This document shows positions 1 to 11,428 of a stretch of DNA of 64,000 bases, piece by piece; position 1 is the first letter of the stretch, and the number at the start of each line of letters is the position of its first letter. Position numbers and translations under genes: made by a program. Below the pieces are notes generated by a model, which worked only from the letters and a program-made list of their open reading frames with translations, ran no database searches and was not told where the DNA came from. This DNA is from Macrostomum lignano. Taxonomy: Eukaryota. The DNA is taken from the NCBI GenBank assembly GCA_002269645.1, contig NIVC01000623.1, positions 128,830-192,829 on the forward strand, given 5' to 3'.

Positions 1-560
1 TCCTTCTCTCCCTCTCTCCCTCTCCCTCTTCTTCTCTCCCTCTCTCCTTCTCCCTCTCCATCTCTCCCTCTCCCTTCCATCTCTCCCTCTCCCTCTCCCT
101 GTCCCTCTCTCCCTCCCCTCTCTCCTTTTTCTCTCTCCCTCTCCCTCTCTCCCTCTTTCGCTCTCCTTCCTTCCCTCTCTTTCTATTCCTCTCTCCCTCT
201 CTCCCTCTCCCTCTCTCCCTCTTCCTCTCCGTCTCTCTCTCTCCCTCTCCCTCTCTCCCTCTCTCGCTCTCCTTCTCTCCCTCTCCCTCTATCCCTCTTT
301 CCCTCTCTGTCTCTCCCTCTCTCCCTGTCCATCGGCCCCCTTCTCTCTATACCTCTCCCTCTCCGTCTCTCCCTCTCTCCCTCTCCCTCTCCCTCTCTCC
401 CTCTCCTTCTAATTCTCTCCCTCTCTCCCTCTCCCTCTCCCTCTCTCCCTCTCCTTCTAATTCTCTCCCTCTCTCCCTCCCGTCTCCCCCTCTCCCTCTT
501 TCCCCCTCTTTCTCTCTCTGCTCCCTTCACCTCTTTTTCCGTTTTTACCATTCTCTACAT
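1..560. repeat. CT-rich (polypyrimidine) low-complexity tract
   Basis: Irregular CTCTCC/CTCCCT runs; the overlapping ORF 183..551 is a repeat translation. Confidence 0.95.
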
Positions 561-2336
561 TTTCTTCACTTCGCCTACTCCCAAGTATCACCCTTCGTTC
601 CCTTGTATTTCTTTTATTTTCTTACTTCTGATCTCATGATCCCACACTTACACTTCTCCATCTCTCAGTATATTCCCTATTCCCCATCTCTTTATCGCAC
701 TCTCATCTCATCTTATCCCGCTAGCCCCTCTCCCCTGCTTGCCAGCGCGAGCTGATGACGCGGAAAACACACGAGATGTTGATTCGGGGGTCGCCTGAGG
801 CTTGACGCTCGGCAAGAATCGAGGAGAAACTGGAGGCTGAGCGATGGTGCCAAGGATGAAGAAGGGGGAAGGGGGGGTTGCGAGGCATTGGAGAAAGCTT
901 GATCGATTACTTTCTACCCCACCCCTCTGGACTTCGTTAGCTCACTCCCTAATCTCGCCATTCACTCTCTCTCTCTGGGTAGAAACTAACCGATCTCGAT
1001 AGGGAAAAAATCCTCAAGGTAAAAATCGATCCGTTCGCTCTTAGATTGTAGGTAATTTTTCTCTTCTCGCCTGACCTGGCTTAGTTCAGAACAATGCTGG
1101 GATCAATGCAATGCCTATTATTGTATAATGCTGCGGGATTAAAGAAGCTGTAGATTAATTTAGCTCTTTGATACTTTTGCTATGGATGCGAAATCATCGA
1201 AAAAGTTTAATTGGTTTTCCTAGAAACAAAAGGTATTTTCTTTTTCAATAGTAGCATCTCAAGCATTTTTCCGCCAATTTGCGCATCAGTCTACTTACTG
1301 ATTGCTAAGTAGTGCAGTAGTTTTTATGTGAAATTTTCTTATTAAAAATTGACTTCAAATTTTATTTTAAGCGATCTAAAATAATATTTATGTCTGTCTG
1401 TTTGACTGGTTGCCTATTCAGTTGCGTACTAACCGCGGCAGGCTCTACTTAACTTACAGTGCGACAAGGCTGAGTAATAAGCAGTAAATGCAAGTCAAGC
1501 AGTTAAGAGGACATTGGCAGAGAAGAGCCAATAAAGGGCTGGGCTGCTCGGGTAGGGAACTATCAGGAAAGATTCGGGATGAGACCTGCTGGCTTAGGAG
1601 GCGATCAATCAAGCAGGAAAACTCGATTTAGGCAGCTTCCCAGCCCCCACCCCAACGGTTTGCCTCATCATCTGCGCCACATCCTCTCAAAGCTTGTTAG
1701 AGTCCCCCCATCTCCAGGGCAGCAGGCCAGGTGCTTCCTACATATGAAGGATGAGGGAATATGCCAGCATTAGCCACGCTTGTATCCTTGGTATTGTGCC
1801 ATAGACATTTATACAGAAGTCAGCCTGACGGTGCGGCATTAAGTCTGGGGCCAGAATGGGGGTGCGACCATAGACTATTTGATCCTTGAACGAGTCAAAG
1901 TTAAAAACTAGAGTTAAAAATTAGCGGACACTTATTCGTTAAGTTTTAATTGCAAGAGCCTACGGTATTCGCTAATTATTTAAGCGGCCATGACTCATTG
2001 TTTAGCAATTTGACGATCATTATTCACATTTTTAATGCAGAACAATCCATTACTACAAACAATGCATTGTCTGTAGGATCGTCAAACAGAAAAACAATGC
2101 AAAGAATCAGCGGTCCCAGTGATCGCAGTAAGCGGACCGCTGATTATTTATCCATTGATTGTACGATAATATAAAAGATTGCTTGGCTGCAGAGGGTCTA
2201 TGGTCGAAACTCCTTGGGGATTTATACTTCCATTGGCTGGTAAAGTCTATAAATCTGGTGGCATCGTTTGAAATTTATACCGAAATTTGTCTTATTTACA
2301 GGCAGAGTAGTGCCTGTCAGTGTCTGTGTAATGAGT

Positions 2337-2815
2337 ATGTGTGTCTGCCTGTGTGCGTCTGTCTGTCTGTCTGTCTTAGTGTCTGTCTGTCTGTCTGTCT
2401 GTCTGTCTTAGTGTCTGTCTGTCTGTATGTCTGTCTGTCTGTCTGTCTGTCTTAGTGTCTGTCTGTCTGTATGTCTGTCTGTCTGTCTGTCTGTCTGTAT
2501 GTCTGTCTGTCTGTCTGTCTGTCTGATTAGTGTCTGTCTGATTAGTGTCTGTCTGATTAGTGTCTGTCTGATTAGTGTTTGTCTGATTAGTGTCTGTCTG
2601 ATTAGTGTCTGTCTGATCAGTGTCTGTCTGATCAGTGTCTGTCTGATTAGTGTCTGTCTGATTAGTGTCTGTCTGATTAGTGTCTGTCTGATTAGTGTCT
2701 GTCTGATTAGTGTCTGTCTGATTAGTGTCTGTCTGATTAGTGTCTGTCTGATTAGTGTCTGTCTGATTAGTGTCTGTCTGATTAGTGTCTGTCTGATCAG
2801 TGTCTGTCTGATTAT
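2337..2815. repeat. (TGTC)n microsatellite grading into a 15-bp minisatellite TGTCTGTCTGATTAG
   Basis: Direct reading; about 20 copies of the 15-mer from ~2520. Confidence 0.95.
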
Positions 2816-3710
2816 TATCTGTATAATTTTCCTAGTCTGATAGTTCAATAAAGCCTCGTTGACGCACTAAGAAATATAAGAAAATAAAAGTACATTTAGT
2901 ATTCACCCTCCATCTTGTCGGTTTCTTACCTTTTTTCTAGTAAAAGTTGCAGACAAAATTGTGGGAAACAGAAAGTGTGGGAAGATGATTGCTTGCTAGC
3001 GGTGTCCCACCAGGAGTCTGGGTGCCTACTCGGCGCCAAATTTTATCCCCTGTCCCGTCAGCTCCCCCCCCCCTACTAAGTCGCTGGGCGGATGAGAAGT
3101 TATTGGCTCCCCTGTAGGTGGGCGGATTTTCCTTGCCCACTGCACTCTGCACCCTGAGAGACAGCGCGTATCGTTTTTTAGGAGAACGGGGAAAGTATAG
3201 TATGAACTCTCGCGGCAAGACTTTCGCAGTTGTCGCAGGAATTGTCTTGGTTGTTCTGGGTGAATTCCAATGGTTCTTCAGGTGAATTTTTTTGGTTCTT
3301 GTGGGGATTTCCATAGGTTCTTCTGGGGAGTTACTGTGGTTATTTTTCCTAACTCCTGGTTCTTCCTTGTTCCTTGGAATTCCCGGTTTACTCGGTTTTT
3401 GCTTGAAACCGAGCAAGTTACTGGCCTGGCTCGAGGACTGAAACCTTGAGGAAATTCTGTCTGTAAGGAAAAAATCACTTCAATGCTACGAGATATCTAT
3501 GCATATGAGCAGCACAAACCGCATTGAATTTGCAGTATAGAATGTTTCAAACTATTTTGCAAAATTCTCTGCAACCACAATCCCAAAACTCTCCATTCAC
3601 CGCGCGCAAAATGTCAGTTTGATTCACTATATGCACGTGCGAGTAGGAGCGGATTAACGAATAAAGGCTGCATAAGTCGAGTGTTACTAAGCCTAAACTT
3701 ACTGTATTAA

Positions 3711-4384
<674 letters not shown>

Positions 4385-4636
4385 ATAGCTATTGCTAGAA
4401 ATTTAACGAACTCAAACTAGGGTAAAGTCAGCCTCTGCTTTTTTAAGGTAGAGTACGTAGTTCCTTTTTAGGGAGACTGTCGGAGACCAAGTGCCAAGCG
4501 ACAGAAGATGGCTCTCATAATTTAATGTTGAAGACACTGCACAGCAAAGTCAGGGGTCTGGACTTCCTTTAAGTAAGGGACTGCGGTCAAGTGCTCCCTC
4601 CCCCACTGAGAGAGTGCGGGAGAAACTTGGACTTTG

Positions 4637-5110
4637 GAGTGTCAGTCTTTCAGCCTTTCAGGCAAGCCATTCTCAAAAGCCATTCACTCATGCCGGGGAG
4701 TCCCAGAGAGGGAGAGGGGGTCTGCAGCGGAAGGCTCAGGGAGTCCCAGAGAGGGAGAGAGGGTCTGCAGCGGCAGGCTCAGGGAGTCCCAGAGGCAGGC
4801 AGGGTCTGCAGCGGCAGGCTCAGGGAGTCCCAGAGGGAGAGAGGGTCTGCAGCGGCAGGCTCAGGGAGTCCCAGAGGCAGGCAGGGTCTGCAGCGGCAGG
4901 CTCAGGGAGTCCCAGAGGGAGAGAGGGTCTGCAGCGGCAGGCTCAGGGAGTCCCAGAGGGAGGGAGGGTCTGCAGCGGCAGGCTCAGGGAGTCCCAGAGG
5001 CAGGCAGGGTCTGCAGCGGCAGGCTCAGGGAGTCCCAGAGGGAGGGAGGGTCTGCAGCGGCAGACTCAGGGAGTCTCAGAGAGGGAGAGAGGGTTCGCAG
5101 ATCCAGGGTC
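4637..5110. repeat. 41-bp minisatellite AGGGTCTGCAGCGGCAGGCTCAGGGAGTCCCAGAGGGAGAG
   Basis: About 11 tandem copies; produces the three-frame repetitive ORFs at 4591-5192. Confidence 0.95.
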
Positions 5111-5929
5111 AGGGAGTTCCAGAGAGAATTACAGAGCCCTAAAGCAAATAAAAGTGCCCCATAACCATGCTTCTATCCTAAAGCGCTCATGATCCTCATG
5201 CAGGAGTCGCTCTGAATTCGGCTTAAGCCTGAAGCAGAACACGTCCCTTAACTTCTTGTGCCGCTCCAAAGCAGGGATTTTGGTCCCCATCCTGTCTGTT
5301 TGCTCCGCAGACTGGCAGGTGCCGCAGGAGTTCAAGCCAGCCATCATTAATTTAGCAAGCCAGAGGACATTTGCCCAAGGCCCAAATCAATTCCTCAAAG
5401 CTTTGCGGCAGGAACTGCTTACACTGAGCCTAGGTCTGCGCATTGATCTGACAGGGATGGGACTCGAAATTGCCGCTAAAGAAGAAATTTTTCCCGGCAC
5501 TCTTTCGCTTCCCGCCTTCCGCAGAAGCAGCGAAGCATCTTCCCGGCTTAGTAGGGATGTCTACTTTATTCTTCATAAGCCTCCTCTGCTATCCCTCTGT
5601 AAGCCCTCTGGCCTGGCGCTTTTTATTGCTTTATAGATTCTGCACCGCTGCACTTGATGGAATTTCGCTCACGTAGTCAGCCTCTCCGCCTCAGCAGTCA
5701 GTCAGTGTGAGCACTTTATACTACTCAGTTCAACAGGAACCCCTAGGTGATCACCGCCCGCCCCTCGTACTTGCTTGTCCATTTTTGCCAAGCCGCAACT
5801 GCTCGCAACTCAGGGCTGGCGCTAATTTGGCTTCCTTTTTAATTCAGATCATTGCGCCTGAGAGCGAAGCTTTACTCCGCCAGCTTATTAGTACAAGAAG
5901 CTCTTCAAGGCGCTCGAGAATATACTCAC

Positions 5930-7718
5930 TGCTCAGCGCCGCTCGCATGCCAGGAATCCCAACCGCCATTTGATAGTGCAGGCTCTGCCTGTCAGCCTGG
6001 GCATGGGCCAGGCCGCGGGCTCCGCGCGCAACTGAAGCCGCTGGAGTGTTGTTGGGGCTCTGGAAATTGTGCGGAAATCGCTATCAGTTGCTTCTGATAC
6101 TGCGCACTTCTGATACAGCGCGCTTCTGATACTGCGCGCTTCTGATACTGCGCGCTTCTGATACAGCGCGCTTCTGATACTGCGCGCTTCTGATACTGCG
6201 CGCTTCTGATACTGCGCGCTTCTGATACTGCGCGCTTCTGATACTGCGCGCTTCTGATACTGCGCGCTTCTGATACTGCGCGCTTCTGATACTGCGCGCT
6301 TCTGATACTGCGCGCTTCTGATACTGCGCGCTTCTGATACTGCGCGCTTCTGATACTGCGCGCTTCTGATACTGCGCGCTTCTGATACTGCGCGCTTCTG
6401 ATACTGCGCACTTCTGATACTGCACGCTTCCGATACTGCGCGTTTCTGATACTGCGCGCTTCTGATACTGCGCGCTTTTGATACTGCGCGCTTCTGATAC
6501 TGCGCGCTTCTGATACTGTGCGCTTCTGATACTGCGCGATTCTGATACTGCGCGCTTCTGATACTGCGCGCTTCTGATACTGCGCGCTTCTGATACTGCG
6601 CGCTTCTGATACTGCGCGCTTCTGATAGTGTACCTTGTTGGGTTTAAACCGTTGACTTAGCGGACTGCGGTGCTGCTGCTGCTGGGCCTGCTGCTGCTGC
6701 TGCTGCTGGGCCTGCTGGTACTCCAGCCTGCTGGCCAGTCCAGTCAGACTGTCGTGCAACACCTTCAGATGCGGCGACTCGGACAAATCTGTACCATCGT
6801 CGACTTTGATGTTGCCGCCATTTGACTTTGCAGTGCCAGTCAGCGCCTGCTGACTGTTGGAAGATATCTGGATTGGAGATGTTGACAGAGCACGTATTGC
6901 TGCAATATTTATTTATCTGAAAATCGATAGACAGAAATCCCGGGATAACAATTGACAACCGTGGAATTCCTGGAATGCCGAAATTGACGTCGCCGATTTT
7001 CGAGACTGCGCCGCTCGGCCTCCTGTTGGTTGCCGCTGCTGGCTGAACTGAAAATGTTGTTTTTATTCTACTCATAGTAATATTGAAGTCATTCTTTTCG
7101 AAATGTTTCATTTAATGCGGTATTTTGGGCAACTGGGCTGCTAATGCGTAATAATAAGAGCACAATTCTGAGTCTCAAGGGGATGTCAAAGTGAGTGCCA
7201 ACGGATTGTCAAAGTGGGTGTCAGCAGATGTCAAAGTGGGTGTCAGTAGATGTCAAATTGGGTGCAGCAGATGTCAAACTGGGTGTCAGTAGATGTCAAA
7301 GTGGGTGTCAGTAGATGTCAAAGTGGGTGTCAGTAGATGTCAAAGTGGGTGTCAGCAGATGTCAAAGTGGGTGTCAGCAGATGTCAAAGTGGGTGTCAGC
7401 AGATGTCAAAGTGGGTGTCAGCAGATGTCAAAGTGGGTGTCAGCAGATGTCAAAGTGGGTGTCAGCAGATGTCAAATTGGGTGTCAGTAGATGTCAAGTT
7501 GGGTGTCAGCAGATGTCAAAGTGGGTGTCAGTAGATGTCAGGGTATTTGTCAGGAGATGCGACAGTGTGTGTCAGGGGATACCTAAGCGAGGTTAAGATT
7601 TCCAATTAAAGTATTCTGTAAACTCACGGCGAGTCTTCCCGACAGCTGTGAGGCTCGACAGGCTCGCCCTCCCTGCTCATCGCTCCGTCAGGGTTATTTT
7701 CCTTAGCAACTATCAGAT
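5930..7718 (-). CDS. exon fragments of an uncharacterised spliced gene (candidate exons 7718-7628, 7047-~6960, ~6860-6634, 6059-5930), including a poly-Q segment
   Basis: Canonical splice sites (ctccag|ATCTG...CGCC|gtgagt; ttttcag|TTCAGCC; AACAAG|gtacac; ttccag|AGCCCC...AGCA|gtgagt). Phases are compatible for 7628->7047 and 6634->6059. The junction near 6960-6860 could not be resolved and no family was recognised. Confidence 0.4.
6094..6628. repeat. 16-bp intronic minisatellite TTCTGATACTGCGCGC
   Basis: About 33 copies, starting within a few nt of the predicted donor at 6633. Confidence 0.95.
7180..7550. repeat. 22-bp minisatellite AGATGTCAAAGTGGGTGTCAGC
   Basis: About 15 tandem copies. Confidence 0.95.
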
Positions 7719-7789
7719 CTGGAGTGCAAATTTGACTGTCAGAAAGAGTTCCTTCGGCAATAAATACGAGTATATAAAGGGATTTTTAA

Positions 7790-7885
7790 AGGGGATTTCT
7801 GTGAAAGTGGAATTTCTGTCAAAGTGGGATTTCTATCAAAGTTGGATTTCTGTCAAAGTGGGATTTCTGTCAAAATGGGATTTCG
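7790..7885. repeat. short 17-bp minisatellite GGGATTTCTGTCAAAGT
   Basis: About 5 degenerate copies; shares TGTCAAAGTGGG with the 22-mer array at 7180-7550. Confidence 0.8.
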
Positions 7886-8269
7886 TCGAATCGTGTTTTT
7901 GTTAGGGAGGGATTTCTCAAATTCTCGAGCTTCTCGAGCAGTGCCGAGCTGCCTCTGAGCAGGCTGAGCTTTTCAGTTTCAATCGCTTTATTTTGTTTTT
8001 ATGCGGGAAAATTGACAGATTGCAAATCGCTCAGAATCTGTTTAGCATAGATGGATGGCAGGTGTCTGACTCAGATCCCTCAAAAGCGTTGGCTCACAAT
8101 TTATCACTATCTCAAAGTCGTCCAATCTATCTTCATAAGGCTGACTTGTACTTTTTTAATTTTTCGTTGAAATGCAGAAAAGCGTTGCCGTATCAAAATC
8201 CCTAGCTTTTGAGTCCTACTCGTGATGGAGCGTGAATCAATGACCCAAACTGTCTGACATGAACAGCCT

Positions 8270-8580
8270 ATGACTCAAACTAATTGACACAGTCTATGAC
8301 TTAAACTGTCTATGATTCGAGCTGTCTGACTTAAACTGTCTATGGCTCAAACTGTCTATGACTCAAACTTTCTATGACTCAAACTGTCTATGACTCAAAC
8401 TGTCTATGACTCAAACTGTCTATGACTCAAACTGTCTATGACTCACACTGTCTATACCTCAAACTGTCTATGGCTCAAACTGTCTATGACTCAAACTGTC
8501 TATGACTAAAATCATCTGACTCAAACTATGGCTCTAATTATCTATGACTCAATCTGTCTACATGACTTAAACTGTCTAAA
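8270..8580. repeat. 16-bp minisatellite TGACTCAAACTGTCTA
   Basis: About 18 degenerate copies. Confidence 0.9.
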
Positions 8581-9009
8581 AGATAAAAAAAATCATGACT
8601 CATATTTTTCAAAATCAGCGTTCGACTATCAGAAACTCCAGACCAAGTCAGCAGAAGTGTACTTTTATAAGTCGAGGCATTTGCTTTTTAAAATTAACAT
8701 CCGCTTCCTGTTGACTGCCAAAGACTGGCTTGGGGGGCTCAAATTCTGATCTGCACATCCGCCTTGCTTTATGGCCGGCACTTATCTTTTGGTGTGGGAG
8801 TTTGGACTGGTTTGAGCAATGCGAGAAGTGGCTATAGGTGAGAAGTGACGGAGAATAAGTTCAGACGATCCGTTCGACAGGAAAGGATAAGTGATAAGGA
8901 AGTGATGAATTGAATAATCAATCCAGTTTCGTAGCTCGCAACAGAGACTGGGAGAATTTCCCCTTGAGTTCTTCGAAGTAGGTGAGAATGGTAGTATTTA
9001 TCAGGTTAG

Positions 9010-9360
9010 TGATAGAGGTAGACATTGGGAGAGAGGTAGTTTTGGGATGAGAGGCAGACATAGAGATAGACATACCGAGAGAGGTGGACTTGGGTTGAGA
9101 GGTAGACATAGAGCGAGAGGTAGACATAGAGGGAGAGGTAGACATAGAGCGAGAGGTAGACTTAGGGAGAGAGGTAGACTTGGGGTGAGAGATAGACATA
9201 CAGGGAGAGGTAGACTTGGATTGAGAGGTATACGTACAGGGAGAGGTAGACTTGGGGTGAGAGGTAGACATAGAGGGAGAGGTAGACATAGGGAGAGAGG
9301 TAGACTTGGGTTGAGAGGTAGACTTGGGTTGAGAGGTAGACTTGAAGGGAGAGGTAGACA
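9010..9360. repeat. 18-bp minisatellite GAGAGGTAGACTTGGGTT and variants (possibly coding on the - strand)
   Basis: About 19 copies; open on the - strand as xSTSxx hexapeptides inside ORF 8918..9463. Confidence 0.9.
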
Positions 9361-10339
9361 CACCGAAAGGAAAAGTTACAGGCAGACATGGGGTAAGAAG
9401 TAGACAGGAGGCAGCTAGACAGAATGTGAGAGGCAGTTCTGACAGAGCAGGGTCGACTAGCAACTAGAAGAGATCGCAAGGGGAATCCAGGTAAAGAGCA
9501 ACGCTTTCTTTCGTTGCCCAACAGAAAAGTGTGCTAGAATTTTAGGCGCGTTGCACTTTCAGAACAGTTGGAGTGGTAGACCGGGCCGGGGGCGAGGTCA
9601 GGCAGCATGAGCTCGCACTCACTCAGGTGAACTTGTCCTCCTGCCGAGGCGAACAGAAATAGAAAGTCGGTGTTCGCGGCTTGAGCTTTTCACCTTCTTT
9701 TCGTTGAGCGGGAGGGAGCTTTATTTTAGAGGCAAACAGACACGGGGAATGGGGTGGAGCAGAGCTGGGAAGTGAAGGGGGAAGCCCCTGCTTCCGGACT
9801 TTTTTGTTAGGCTAAGGGGGAGCATTTAGAGTGAAGGATCCAGGGGGGGGGTACATTAGCACCTCATTGGTCATTGGGGCAGAAGCAGCAATATCATTGG
9901 AGAGCCTGGGAGTTGCCATGCTTGTCCGATTCGAATTCTCGCACTTTCCTAGAATTCTCGATCTCTGCGTCTCTCTGACTTAAGTGTCAGCATAATTATC
10001 TAAGAGCGACATCTGCGTCCAGTATGCGATAGAGTGAGTGCAGTTTTATTTATGCTAATTCAATGCTCCCTCAACACTCCAGACCGCTTTTCGAAGAATA
10101 ACATTCGGCCGAGTTGTTAGGTGGTCACTTCTAACTGAAAGTGTGCGGCACTTTCTACTTTCTGTGGCGAATTCCATAGAAACGAAATTTTTGTCTGTCA
10201 CGTACTAACTATTTGAAATTTGATATTTGTTAATCTTCTACTGAACTGTCGTAACTCGCGCGGGAGTTTTCTGTTAAGCACGATTTTAAAAAAGAGGGGG
10301 ACTGTGGAAAACAAGGGGAGAAAAGAAAAAATTAGGAAA

Positions 10340-11200
10340 TATGAGTTCATAAGTTTATGAGTGATTCCATGAGAGAGTTCATGAGTTGCTTTATGAGTGA
10401 GTTTAAGTGAGTTTATGAGTGACTTCCCATATACTAAAAATGGTCTGTCTGTGTCTTTATGACTGACTTTATGAGTGAGTTTTTGAGTGACTTTATGAGT
10501 GAGTTTATGGGTGAGTTTATGAGTGAGTTTATGAGTGAGTTTATGAGTGAGCTCATGAGTGAGTTTATGAGTGAGCTCATGAGTGAGTTTATGAATGAGT
10601 TTATGAGTGAGTTAATGAGTGAGTTTATGAATGAGTTTATGAGTGAGTTTATGAATGAGTTTATGAGTGAGTTTATGGGTGAGTTTATGAGTGAGTTAAT
10701 GAGTGGGTTTATGGGTGAGTTTATGAGTGAGCTCATGAGTGAGTTTATGAATGAGTTTATGAGTGAGTTTTTGAGTGAGTTTTTTGAATGAGTTTATGAG
10801 TGAGTTTATGGGTGAGTTAATGAGTGAGTTAATGAGTGAGTTTATGGGTGAGTTTATGGGTGAGTTTATGGGTGAGTTTATGAGTGAGTTTATGGGTGAG
10901 TTTATGAATGAGTTTATGAGTGAGTTTATGAGTGAGTTTATGAATGAGTTTATGAGTGAGTTTATGGGTGAGTTAATGAGTGAGTTAATGAGTGAGTTTA
11001 TGGGTGAGTTTATGGGTGAGTTTATGGGTGAGTTTATGAATGAGTTTATGAGTGAGTTTATGGGTGATTTTATGAGTGAGTTAATGAGTGAGTTTATGGG
11101 TGAGTTTATGAGTGAGCTCAAGAGTGAGTTTATGAATGAGTTTATGAGTGAGTTAATGAGTGAGTTAATGAGTGAGCTCATGAGTGAGTTTATGAACGCA
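10340..11200. repeat. 12-bp minisatellite ATGAGTGAGTTT
   Basis: About 65 copies with single-base variants. Confidence 0.95.
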
Positions 11201-11428
11201 TCGCGAGTAATTAGTTAGTTGGCGAGTGAATAAAAAGGTTCTTGAGCTTTTAAAGCTTTCTCAGAAATAAATATAGAGAAACAACTGACAGTCTCAGTAA
11301 GCAAGATTTTATTTTCGTGTCAAGCACGTACATGTAATTATCCCATCTAAAAAAGTTTGAGTCTTGTATCATCTATCATCTATCACATCCCTGTTGCATC
11401 AAAATGTCAGGCGCCAGGCGTAGCCAGT

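Noticed and set aside
1950-2330. Exon-like segments on the + strand (gcag|AACAATCC...CGCA|gtaagc; ...TTGGCTG|gtaaag)
   Set aside because: Could not be joined into a consistent frame and no recognisable protein; too weak to call.
2937-3416. 159-aa non-repetitive ORF on the - strand
   Set aside because: TTG start, no recognisable motifs and no supporting splice structure; possibly a decayed repeat fragment.
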